Assembly (NCBI GenBank): GCA_003344405.1
Contig: NOWV01000022.1
Coordinates: 248,001 to 312,000 of the forward strand
Reading direction: 5' to 3'
DNA: 64,000 nt
Source of the DNA: Trichoplax sp. H2
Lineage: Eukaryota
The notes beneath the pieces are model-generated. The model was not told the DNA's origin. It searched no databases and saw only the letters and a list, made by a program, of their open reading frames with translations. This document shows, piece after piece, positions 1-18,280 of this stretch; position 1 is the first letter of the stretch; the number at the start of each line of letters is the position of its first letter. The position numbers were made by a program, and so were the translations under genes.

Positions 1-7
1 TACAAAC

Positions 8-3000
8 CTCATCACTATCGTAGTGATGTAAAATCTCAGTAACCATGGATTTTGCAGTTTCTCGTAAGCTATCTACAGGCTAAAGCATTTATGAGAAAGT
101 TGAGTTGAGAAGAGCGCATAACTAAATATAATCAATGCTTTTGCGTTACTTTTGGATTAGGGGACGCCGAACGTTCACGAATTTCCAATAACACTAATGC
201 CATATCACAGAGTTCACTTTTAGACAGGAGATCATCATGATCAACGTCAAAGATTTGAAAGCAAACTAAAAATGAAAAGCAACGACTATAACACGGATTG
301 TACTCTTCAACATACAATATAATATAATTAGTTCATACATTTTCGCTTTTCGTTATGCGGCCCTCGGCACAACGATGATAGTCCACAAACCATCTCTTTA
401 AAATCGATATGGCCATCATCATTTTCATCAAATGCAGTGAAAAGCCCTATCGTGTCATCGCAACAAAGCATATACGATATTAATTTTCGAGTACAACATT
501 TACTGATAAGTGAGTAAAATTTAGGTAACGATAGAGCGTAAAAGGCTGAGTTGAATATAATACAGATAGCGATCATAATATTCAAGTATACAAAATAGAA
601 GTTACTTTGGAATAGTTAACAGCTGAATAACGTACCTTTAGTTAAAGATTCAGGAAGTGGAGGGCAAACAAAGCGACTAAAGGTCTCTAGATCAAATTTG
701 CCAGATTTAGAGCAGTTTTTTAGAGCCCAGTATTTTTTTTCCAGTTCCATAACGTCCTTTTCCGTAACTAAGAGAGGTAAAGCATCAAAGGCAGCATTTT
801 TATTCACCTATACTATTGTGATTATCTTACCTACTAAGAGAAATAGCAGTGAAAACCAAAAATTACTTACAATGAGTGATACTTGCTACTGATTGATAAA
901 ATGTTGGTGTAGCACTTGTATCAGTGAGTGTTATTTTGCTATTATCATATAGTAGCCAAGATGACAGTTGTATGGCTTTGGGATTAAGAGATATCCATTG
1001 ATAGAATTGATCGAAGGTAATTCTATCTCCCTTTACAAAAATAACATATAATATTACGTACAGATTTAAGTTACTTTAGCTTTGCTATTGTAGTTAATCG
1101 CTAAAAATGTAAGTCAATCTCTGATTACTTCGCTAGTAATTTACTCATGCATATTAAAATTTATGAAGCACCATACGAACTACTGTATAGTTGTAATAAT
1201 AAATATAGTTAACAAAGTGTGTAATACCTCTCCTTAAAAATTTCACTTATGTGCTGTACAGTGCCTGCTCGGTATCACTGTACTCTTTTTATTAAAGATT
1301 TTTTGACTTACATGTGAGAAATTACGAAACATCGAATCAGGAACATGGGAATCGCAAGCTTTAATAGTATTTTCCAAGTAGTATTTAGATATACTAGAAC
1401 CGCCATCAGTGTTGAACGCATTGAAAATAACTACATCGACGATTAAAAAGGGAGTTCTAATGAGATTACAGCTTAGAAGTAATTAGTCAACTTACATATA
1501 TAATTATATCAATTTACACCAGTTAATGGTTACGGGCTGTAGTTACATAGATTAGGCTAACGCAATTAAAGCGTACGACATAAAAAAGAATGTTGAATAT
1601 GTAAATGGTCAAATACAAACATTTAGTTCTTTCTTCATGACTCCCTTGCGTGATGACCAGTAAACCACTCAATAGATCTTTAAAATGAATTCCCTTGCTA
1701 GTCCCACCAAAAGCAATGTACATCAACTGGTAAAAATTAAAAATTTGATCGCTTAAGTCAGTCTTTACTGTAATCATAGCGATTGTAATTACTGATGTAA
1801 AAATAGATTAAAGCTATCAATTTATAAATGTTGTGCATGTCGCCATTTACCAGAGAAACTAATTTTCACTTCATTTTCATTTAATATAGCTCATTACATT
1901 CAATACTTTCACGGCTAAGGAAGCAATAAGTGAATGTCGCGTCAATCCCGCCGAAATATGCAACAAATCGCCCATAAGGTAACAATTTAGTATGACTCAA
2001 CGGGTATCTATGATGACATCTTAACTCGTAATTTTAAGATGTAAGTTGTAATCCGGAATTATATACAAAATCAAGATATCGTAAATATTCCATTTTGATA
2101 ACAACGTTGATCGTAATCAATTGACAATTTATACATACAGTATACTGTAGGAACGAAAGGGCTAAGGAAATTGAACTAGATACTGTAGTATTGCAATACA
2201 GTAGAAGACTCGACGTTAACTATCATCATCACTACATAAAAATGTTAATCCATGAAATAACCCCTTTTTTTAAATCATAATCTATATCTTTAATTCTTGT
2301 TACATAAATTTTGTATCGATACTTGTGTTAAACAATGTCTATTCTTGAGAAATGACTGTTACTTGAGCGTAGGGGACTGGCATAACTGACATTACAATCA
2401 AGGACAAAAATGACTTTTTTATCATCATTTGTACTTCAATAAAAGTTATAATCCTTGATAAATTAAGCCACTATAGTCACTAAGGGGCACTCATTTGTTA
2501 GCAACCCGATCCTAACTAGAAAAACTAGAATTGATGATTACTTGTATACAATCCATTGCATATTGAACATCATTAAGATATTAACCGTATACTAAAAACG
2601 ATGATTATTGTATGATACAGTAGTATATTTTAGCCTCGTACAATAAATTGAATGTTGTCCAATAACTATTCTTGCCTATGATGTTATGGTATAAGAATAT
2701 CAATATATCATCACTATTGGGCTTTGCTATTCAGGATCTATTTGTTGCAGGTAATTGCTATTAGCAGACCACCACAGCATGGTCGCTACGATGAGCCTAT
2801 GATGTCATCATATACCGTAACTTGGTCTCTCGAATGAAAGTAGAGTCGAGGGAATCTTTAGAAACGACAGTTTACGAGCAATCATTATATGTAACTACAC
2901 TACAGTAGAGAGTAGTCAAAAAAACCATGTCCAATTAAGTGAAGACAATTTTCTTTTGGGTCATTTTTCATCGGATTATCCAATGATGTTGAAAAATAGG

Positions 3001-4119
3001 GATTAATCATATCAGCTTGTAGAGTAGACAGGGCATTATAATATTATTACTATTATTATTATTATTATATATAGAATAATGAATATGATCAACTTTTAAC
3101 GGATAGTTATCGGTTGTTGTAATAAAACTAAACTAACTACCTCTGCTGTACTCGAATAATCAAGAATACAGTACTGTATATAGCAATGACTGTACGTATA
3201 AGCTATAAACATTTATCATCCTGATGCATATTAATACAATCGAGTGAATTTCACACGGGGAGAGGAAGAATCGATCGATCGATCGATCGTGTGATAAACA
3301 TGTAGTAAAGACAATTTAGCTTATAGTATTTCATTCAAATTAACTAAAGAATAGTTTGGTGTCATGATAAAGTAGGCGATTAAGCATCGACTAAAAGTCA
3401 CTGTAATACATTACGCCATCATTGCTGTATTTCAACGATAGCAATGATGCCTAGCTGGTCAAGATTTAGACACTGTTCTTGCGGACATTGACTTTGACGG
3501 GTATTGACGTAATACAGTAGCAGTGAATGATAGAAAATAGGGTTATAAAAAATGGAAGTTATTTGGTTGATTCTTACCTCGGCAATATTGGATGGTACAG
3601 CATCGCCCAAGACATCACGCATAAAAGAAGATTTGCTAATAAATCCGGAACTACCGCCTGAGCGCTTAAAAGCACTTTTAATTCTTTTCAGATCAGCTTC
3701 GTTGACTGTCGGTCAAGAGATTGGTAAATAGGGTTAGCTCGTGTTATGTACAGTGTCTACTATAGAATTACAATCAAAGGAATTGAAGGATAAAGTAGTT
3801 GTCTCTCAAACTATTGCGTCGAGTATAAAATGATCTCCATGCTAATCATGATGATCAAATCGACGAATTGAATAAGATACACAGTAGCTCTCACTACTTT
3901 TTCCATTTCAACGAGTATGGGAATAATATTGTTGTGAATTTTTGATGCGCTCTTTCATTGACGTCATACAATGACAGTCTACTGTATGATACAATGCTAT
4001 CCATGTTATAGATATCTATATAGGCTTTGAAAGAAGCGATAGAAATGAAGATACGACACACCTCGTTTCGTGGCTTCTTCCCAATTAAAGTAGAACTGTT
4101 TCGACTCTTTTAAACCCAT
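8..4119 (-). CDS. USP32: Ubiquitin carboxyl-terminal hydrolase 32-like, N-terminal EF-hand region (partial; continues beyond window start)
   Basis: Hand-spliced GT-AG exons with frame continuity: 4119-4062, 3705-3578, 1726-1621, 1430-1312, 1030-871, 767-636, 446-339, 265-150, 79-8. Translation MGLKESKQFYFNWEEATKRVNEADLKRIKSAFKR...VLGDAVPSNIAELMYIAFGGTSKGIHFKDLLSGLLVITQGSHEERTK...GLFTAFDENDDGHIDFKEMVCGLSSLCRG...FQIFDVDHDDLLSKSEL matches the USP32 N-terminus as I recall it (human MGAKESR...FGGTSKGLHF) and includes EF-hand loops. Confidence 0.93.
3270..3289. repeat. (ATCG)n microsatellite
   Basis: atcgatcgatcgatcgatcg in USP32 intron 2. Confidence 0.85.
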
Positions 4120-4829
4120 CGCTTGAAAGTTTGATCCGATGTTTTTCAATGAATATAGCGTTAAAGGATTTAATTAAATCAAAATATCCAACCAAAATTA
4201 CGCCAGCGTCGACTTGCAAGTAGAAACACATGCAAATTTTTAACTTTTAATTTTAACATGGATATCCATAACACAAGGCAAGGCGCTCACATGAACACAG
4301 ATTGAACATGAACTAATACTAAAACACCTTGGACTGGTGTAGCAGTTGTAGCCAGGCTGTATGACACCACCGACGACTGTATCGCCGTACAAAGCGCAGT
4401 CCAGTATAGCTGGTGTGCGCACGATGTAGTAGCTTTCAACAGAGACTTTTATAGGAGAAAAATTCCCTGCCTTCAACCACCAGTGGGGTTGATGGTTGCA
4501 ATGACGCTATTGTCAAGTTATATGCACAGTTCTAACGGGATCTCTATACAGTATACCTAGGCCAGACTTTTCTTTCTGTCGTTTCTTTCACTTGATAACC
4601 TGTCCACCTATTACAAACTACTATATACTTTTCTTCAACTACGACATTGGTAACGGACTTCCAATAATGCTACTACAGTACCATACAGTCGGTCAATTCT
4701 TGACGCGTGGACTGATGCTGAGAAAAATGAATGTCACTGTAGTGTATCTACAGTTGTACACTATACCATACTAGGGACAGTACTTTTCCCTACCATGACA
4801 GTAACTTAAGTTAAAACATGGCAACGATT

Positions 4830-5010
4830 ACTGTACTGTACGCAGTCTACAGTACTGTACTGTAGTGTAAAGTACCGTACACTGTAAAGTACAGTACTGT
4901 GTACTGTACTAGTGTCTCCCGATATTGTACTGTACTGTCCACGTGTACTGTACACAGTGTACAGTACGCTTAAACGACTGTACTGTACTGGATTGTGTAC
5001 TGTACACGGT
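4830..5010. promoter_or_regulatory. TACAGTA/TACTGTA array in the USP32-VMP1 divergent promoter
   Basis: Many near-tandem TACTG/CAGTA/TACAGTAC units between two head-to-head ATGs (4119 minus, 5177 plus). Promoter role is inferred from position. Confidence 0.55.
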
Positions 5011-5176
5011 AGCCGGTAGGTTTCTCAGTTTTAAATTACTGTCACTTTGTTGGTATCGAGTGGCATCCGATCGTTCGTCTTGACATTTTTGGTCGAGCCT
5101 TGAAATCGAATTGGAATATTTTACATAGCATTCCTTGGATGACTGCAAAGAGTGAACAGTAAGTCAATGCACAAAT

Positions 5177-10635
<5,459 letters not shown>

Positions 10636-12509
10636 AAAGTGGATAAGTGAAAAGGAACCGAAACCAATGGATTGTTTGACTCAAATAAATCATATTTTTG
10701 TATTATGCTTGAAGATTGATTTCTTTTTATTTAACATTTAGTATGGTACTTGATTAACTTAACATGTTGATTAATATTTTCTTGTTGCGACGAGCACATC
10801 AATCATTTGGTGGCAACGAGACCGCTGTTCCGCTGTTAGCAGCTAGTAAATCTAATACCATGTTTGTTGTATTACAAGTCTACTATGTATAGTTTTATGT
10901 ATTACCGTATTTATATTACTAAGTAACTGGTACGGTACTAGGTTGTTTTCCTATTGTTTTATTTTTCGTCATCAAAAGGTGATATAGCCTCTCAACCTGT
11001 AAAAATATCATGGTTCTTGGAGTATGTACTATGTGGCAATTTTTCGATAGTTATACGCTCTTATGGTCATTTGTGACATAGATACACGTATTGTTATCGT
11101 ACAGTCGAATAATTTTAACTTAAGAACCTAATCGCTGAAATGTACGTATAACATGTGAAGGCTGTATTTATTCTTGCAAAAAGAGATGATATCAAGTTTT
11201 TTAATACTGACTTTAACAATTTCATTTCGCTATTAGTAACAGGTAGTATCATAAATTTACAATTTAGCAGTAAATTAATGTCTCAATATTTATTTAGCAT
11301 TTATTCTACCTAGTTATGGATGTATAGTAAAATTAACTATTGTTAATGAATCTATATCGGCATTTAAGTTCCGTTATTACCTTTATTTTAATTTTTTGTT
11401 TGATTCTGTTTGGTTATGATTTGTACGGTACCGCTGTATAATAGTATCCATAAACTTGATTCATCAGTCTTATGGGATGAAGCGTTTGTGTGTTGGCATT
11501 TGCGTTATAAATTCATGCATGGTAAAATATTCACACATATTTCAAAGTGTGATATATATACAGAGCAAACAGTGACATGTATCAAGGTTTGGATATGCTA
11601 CCACTGTAGGAATGCGACTGCAGGAATACTGTACATAACAGACATGACAGGTGCATCGTTTACGTTACAATATTACTTTACCTTCAAATGAGTCTTGGAA
11701 GTTACGAAGTTATCATGAATTCATCCTTGATTATGGCTCAGCCATATCCAGTATACTGTACACTAAGTTCTTACTTTTGTAGTAACTCTCGACTGATTCA
11801 TTAATTAGAATTATTAATGATACACTAGACACTAGCTAGATATTAGGAAGAACTTATTTTTACCTGCTACGAGTTCACTTTAGTGGACTGTATGAGATCC
11901 TGAAATGTCCAAAAGCTGTACAGTGCGTATTGCACTCGGTACAAATACAATACACATTTCGCTACTGTAAATTGGACCTGCGACCTAGTGTATAGTATGT
12001 AACAGGGTCGTATCTCTTACATACAGTTATGGACTACTAATTAATATGGTATTATTGACACATTTGTGATACAGTATGGCAAAACGTGCAAGTGTGCAGA
12101 AACCCTACAAAGCATCTGGTTAAGGCAAGGGCTACTGCAAGAGAACCATCGCGAAGAACATCAAGAATTGAGAAGATCTTGTCGATTTTGATGCTCGTGT
12201 ACCCCCCTGTATCTTCTATAGCTAAAAATATTAGAATAAAATAGTCTGTAGACAATTTGCCGTCATATGTGAACTTACTGAAAATAAAAAGAGTTCTAAT
12301 CTGACCTTAGTTTTAGTTTTAATCATCGCAAGAAGCATGGAAGTAAAATTAAGTACAAGCTAAATTATCATACAAATAATATTGCAGGTATGAGAATAGC
12401 AAATTCATCCTTTAGATCAACTGTATTGACGCAAACTTGATTCACTGAAAGCTTAATTGAACTCGTATTGTAATGATTACAGAGTAATACCATAAAGATT
12501 TCGATAAAG

Positions 12510-15500
12510 ATGCTACCTGTACGTGTATATCTGGCAGCAACGCCTGGATGGAGAACGCTGATTACTGTTGCACGCTATACACGTTGTTGCAACTTACGGA
12601 CTCAACCGGTAAGAGATTAAGATACGCGTATCTACTCTACTCTTATTCCAACGTAATATTTCAATGCCTTCCTTAATTGTAGTTGCATAGCTTAACGGTG
12701 TTTGCAACGTCTTGTGGATTTATGTGACTTCACCAGCATATAATCGCAAAACGAAATAATCATTTGTTATTGATATTAAACTATTTTAACTTGTACTACT
12801 CTTGACAGTGACGTACATTGTAAAGTAAGTAGTATTATGGGTGCTGTACTATCAATGGATTGCAACATAATAACATCGTGAAAGTTCTCTCAGTTCTCCG
12901 CTGAATTGAACGGTAGATATAAGTCTAAGACTCACGTTGGAGAAATAAATATTTTCTGTAGACGCATGTAATTAATTATTGCATATTATAAAGAAGTATA
13001 CGGTATATAGCATGCAACATCAGATAAGGATAGCTTGTAAGCAATAATTATTGTACGCTTAATTGAGCCGTGTGATTAAACTCGCTGAAGGATGGTACGC
13101 GAGCAAAGAATATTGTAATAGTGCAGAGATGCAATTTTTACTGACGAATCTTTTATATGCAATTTCATCTTGAACTTTATAAGTTTTCGCTACTAGGTAC
13201 TTTTTACGGTGTGTATTTGATCTACTCTAAACAGCATATTAATTTTTTAGTTAAAAGACAGCTTAACAAGACATAGCCAAAATATGACAACATCACATTC
13301 ACGGAGGTTATGCAGTACTGTAATAAATAGCGATGACGAGGCTAAAATTTCCGATGAAAGAACTATTAATTCAACTCGTACCCGAGTACGAACACATGTA
13401 ACTCAGAAGAGTCAGCAAAATAAAAATTTGGTTCGTTTCCAGAAGTATTATGTGCCATATAGATCGGATAATGAACTAGCTGTAGTTTACTCCATACAGA
13501 CTTGAAACTTTGCAGACTATAATTGTTACTGGAAGTAAGATTAAAACTTACTAATGCTTAGCAATAATGTTATTAAATGAGATGAAAAGTAGATTAATTG
13601 GATTACATACATTATGGCAATTTGCTTTTTACAAGAAGAAGTAATATCTATAGAATTGTTTCTAAGGACTTGTACGTAGTATACGTACAGTACCTGGTAT
13701 ATAGAAATACTCTGTATTGCTGAGAAATTTGATAAAATGATAAATGAAAATGCTTACTGCTATTCTCTATGTAGAGTTGGGGAAATTAATGATTTACCCT
13801 CGTATAATTTCCTATTTTACTGTATAACATCATTATTTACTAGGACCTAATAGAGCCTAAGAAGAGTTCAGTCCGTTATTTCACGTCTTATGCTACTGCA
13901 GAAAGATACGATTTAGATGGTTTAAAACGCTATTTACAGGGAACTGACGGTTACTCATTATCTGTATTACCTGAAGGTGAGGCCTAGGATACTTATTTTT
14001 ATAACAAGATGTTCTGCGGTGACTTATTTTATATTGTAAGATTTAAACTAAATTTCAAATAATTATATTAATCATTATGCGATCATGAAATGTAAAGAAG
14101 TAGCATGATGTACTATTCGAATAGTAAGCTGTAGATGTAAATAATTGCAATTCTATCAACATATATCTGGAATATTTTGTAGTCTTGAAGTAGGCTATTA
14201 CAGTTACATTTAGAGTAACTTCGGGTTATTACAGCAGTTATCACGAATTTGCAACACGGCTAATTATTCACATCATGTTAATATTATATGTAATATAACG
14301 CTAAAATAGTCTGTAAATTATGAATTAATGTAACCGTGTAATATAAATGAGTAATAGTAAACCTAAGTATAAATTTTATGGCAACGAAGTTCGAGGTATT
14401 CCAAGTTTCTGTAATCACGTTTTGTGATTTTTTCATTATTATCACACTTTCAGATGTACAAGATGTTCTACACGTTTGGGTAATCCAAAGGGAACCGTAC
14501 CATCTTAGCGACAGAAAGGAAGTTTTTCTTTTTCGGTTGGTCATTGTTTAATTACCCATTTTTCCAGCAAATTAATATACCAAATTCTTATTGTATCAAT
14601 TCGGTATCATAATATTGAATTTTATACAATATTTAACAATTTAGGCATGGTTCGAGTGTTTACTGGAATTTTGAATCCAACGAAGTATGACAAATAATGA
14701 GTTCATTAATTATAATCGCGATTTTTGATTTAGTTGTTGGGAATTTTTACCACTCTATTGCTATCTCCACGATATAGATACAGAGATTTCAAGAAATCGT
14801 GAAAAAGTTTGCTCTACAACCCTACAATCAGAAGCTTTTAAGTACAGAAAGCGAACAACTACCATATCATTGCGTAAGGTAAATAAAATTTGTTTTCTAA
14901 TTGGAATAATCTATTAGTTGATTAACCAACCAATCCGTCATTTTTAGTGAAAATAGCCGTTTAAGAAACGATACTATACTATTAAATTCCGACAAAAATG
15001 AAGAAACCCAGAAATTAGAAAAATTGACTTGCTCTATCGCGACCGCACTATCTGGTATATTTTAGACTAAATGACTACTGTAATCATTAATCATTCCATT
15101 GTCATCAATACCAACAAATACAATAGGAGGAATTGGACTGATGTATCATGTATTATTAATTTCATTCAGTCAAGTTAGCCATTTGGGAAGTTGCTTTGGA
15201 TAAATATGTATCATCTATACAGTGGGTTCCTGAGGTAAATTTGAATGCAGAATAAATTTTAGTTAATAGTAATAACGTAACTGTAAATGCATTTTTAGGC
15301 CCTCCGGGAGGGAAAGAAAGTACGTATGTCGCGAAATGAGATTCTACAAAAGACTGGTGAATTGCTATCACTAAGGTCAGACTGAAGTTGGAAGTTAATT
15401 AATTTTAAGCCTTGGTGGGAATTTTTACACACTCATTATCTGCAAGGGAAATATGATTTACATCTAAAAATTTTCACTGCAATACAATATACTTTATTCT

Positions 15501-16337
15501 AGATACCAAATTAATCTAGCTTCTGATCTTCTAATTATACCGGATTTCTTTTGGGATCGAGATAATTTGGAACAATTATACATTAATCTTTGCACATATC
15601 TTGATATGAATGGTAGAACTAAGGTAGCAATTCTCGAAGTAATTCATTGCGTAGCAGAGTCCTAAAGTCGTCGAAATTTTGTATATAATATTTTAGATTG
15701 GCTTAGTTTAAAACTATTTTGAATTTTTATTATGTATTTCTGGATTAAGCATTTGAATGAGCCTGTAAATCCTTGTTTAAGTACATCTACACTATGTAAC
15801 ATATAAACCAAGCTCGTATAAAAAATCGCACAGGATTCCACTTATATACGTAATGAAAACGAGAGATGAAGATGTATATACAAATTCTAAACTTTAGTAG
15901 TGTTGTTTGTTTATTCTTGCTAGAGATCATAAAGGTTTTGGATTGTTATAGCTGTATGATTAATTAATCTAAAATATGGTTGTTTTGGGATATTGGTAGG
16001 TAATGAATGAAAAACTAAATCACTGTACTGAGTTGGCGGAATTACTAAGGACACATCTTAGCGAGAAACATTCTCTCAGATTAGAATGGGGCATTATCGG
16101 TTTAATTGCAATTGAGGTACCAAAAGATTGCAATAGATTATAGATTGTAATACTGGTTATAAGATACGATTATTTAAATTTAAGATTTATATTAACATAG
16201 TCTACTATGTAATAGCGTATTTTATATGTTGGCATCTCGTGAATGTACGAAGATATACTAAATCATGACTGTTATTCATATAGGTTTTCTTTGAGATACT
16301 ACACAATTTAGAACAAATTGTTACTTTTCTTTCCTAA
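12510..16337 (+). CDS. RMND1: Required for meiotic nuclear division 1 homolog (DUF155 family, mitochondrial), ~391 aa
   Basis: Exons 12510-12608, 13251-13430, 13844-13976, 14454-14535, 14645-14684, 14778-14878, 14948-15054, 15170-15234, 15299-15375, 15503-15623, 16000-16116, 16284-16337. Motifs YATAERYDL, VFLFRHGSSVYWN, VKLAIWEVALDKY, INLASDLLIIPDFFWDRDNLEQLY, VMNEKLNHCTELAELLRTHLSEKHSLRLEWGIIGLIAIEV match RMND1. The Arg-rich, acid-free N-terminus resembles a mitochondrial presequence. The first two exons are less certain. Almost all of the gene is missed by the ORF track. Confidence 0.9.
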
Positions 16338-17488
16338 GAAGCCTTTTAAATATTTGGGTATTTCCAGCTATTGCAACTAAACTTAACTAAAAAATAATGT
16401 CATTTACAATGGGTATTAATACTTTTAAATTGTAGATTTGAACCTTTTCATTTGTATATTTGATTACAACTTCTATAGTGCTTTAATCGAACAATTTTGA
16501 AAAATTTTATGACCAGCGTCTTAGCATTGTTAACACTATTTGTACATGCATCATGATCGATATCGAAATTGCTCGAGCGAAACTGATTCGTATTTTAGAG
16601 TTGCAGATTAGTTTTTAGGACTATTTATTAAAAATATAAGAATAAAAGCGATGAACGGGCAATCTGTAGTTACCTATAATTTATCAAATTTTTTTACTTT
16701 ACGCTTGAGTATGGTTAATGTGCATTACCATTTCCTGTATTGAATTCGCCTGAATTTGATCAATATTATTATCGTAAAGATTGTGTTAAGGAATTGAGTA
16801 TGAAATTATGGAAGAGATATTGCATTTGTCACTAATAGCAGCACTACTTATTATAACTTGAATTACGTACTAGAGTGCATAGAGAATCTGGTTGACTATT
16901 GTCAATGTATGGATCTCAACATTAAACTAGTTAAGGCATAACTCTTTTTTTGGTAGTTTATGGCAAGGATAGTGTTAAGGGAATTACTGCTAATTTTGAA
17001 TGTTGTACTGCGATAGCGCTAGGGTTGGATGACAAATGCTTGACTACTAGAAAATGATGATTACAGTGCTTCTAATAGTCTATGGTTCTGTGTCAGTCGT
17101 CACCTTTTGTTATGTAATCGTATCGCAATCTTAAAACTCCGTTTGGAAGCCATGCTCAGGTTTCGTTCAGCCTTCACATCATGTATTTACCCAAATTTAT
17201 AGCTCTCTTAATATCTATTTCGATGTTGTAATATCTTGATGTGTATATCAGGACAGATATTACGTATACATGCATGGGAAAACTTTTTATCTTGGTATGC
17301 CAGTAAAGAGAAACAAGGGATTACAAGCAAATCAAGAGGCAATATACTGTACAGTGCATTCTAAGTTAGAGATCATGGGATTCTACAGTATTGTAGCACT
17401 ATTCGTACATTCTGAATAGACTGTCTATGCAGACAACATAAAATAGGGTGTCAAAGCATCCTATGCTGTTTATCAGCTACATGCGATT

Positions 17489-17740
17489 GTAGTCCAGCCT
17501 CAAAATTGATTGATTCTATTTTCAATTATACAGTATATTAATATTTGTAGGCTAGATGCCGAGTACAGTAGGTTAGTACTAATATTTCAGGTCTCTGATT
17601 GCAATTTTGCAACTACTAAACTACAGTAGTCCAGCCTCAAAGTTGATTGACTCAATTTTAGATTCTATATTAATATTTGTAGGTTAGATACCGAGTACAG
17701 TAGGCTAGTACTAATATTTCAGGTCTCTGATTGCAAGTTT
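17489..17740. repeat. Direct duplication, two ~115-120 bp copies
   Basis: GTAGTCCAGCCTCAAA...GAGTACAGTAGG.TAGTACTAATATTTCAGGTCTCTGATTGCAA at ~17489-17608 and ~17626-17740. Confidence 0.9.
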
Positions 17741-17949
17741 ACGGCTTGATCCGTTTATCGCCGATTCTCAATCATCTTTCCATCTGCTCTCCTATATTTT
17801 CTCACTCCTTCTTCCCTTGAACTTATCGCTATAGATATACTGTACTCAAAAAAATACAGCAAACAGTTCTTTTCAGTAGTCCATGATTCACTCACAATAT
17901 ACCGAGAATCTGCAACTTGTAGTTTTCATATTCAAAAGTTTTTACACGA

Positions 17950-18090
17950 CCGTACAGTACCGTACAGTACATCTCGTTCAGCACAGTACACACTGTATTG
18001 TACTGAAAAGTACAGTACAGTACTGTACACCGTAAGGTACAGTACCGTATTTTTCTTACCTACAGTACTGTACAGTACTGTACAGTATGT
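17950..18090. promoter_or_regulatory. TACAGTA/TACTGTA array upstream of UBE3B
   Basis: For example TACAGTACTGTACAGTACTGTACAGTA at 18061-18087, ~200-330 bp before ATG 18281. Confidence 0.55.
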
Positions 18091-18280
18091 CCCGAAAGTT
18101 CTGTGCGGTAACCTTGGTACCGTCCATCCTGAATGTTATTATTAGTTCAAACTACAACTCGAGTTGATTCTAATCCTTAATTCTAAATTATTTGCCTGCT
18201 GCCGGTCAAATTTGAACACCCAGTGGAACTAATTGATTGTATTAGTTTTATATCTTACTCCATCACATTTTACAAGGACT

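Noticed and set aside
12052..12255. Minus-strand ORF upstream of RMND1
   Set aside because: No recognisable homology; more likely RMND1 promoter or 5' UTR sequence.
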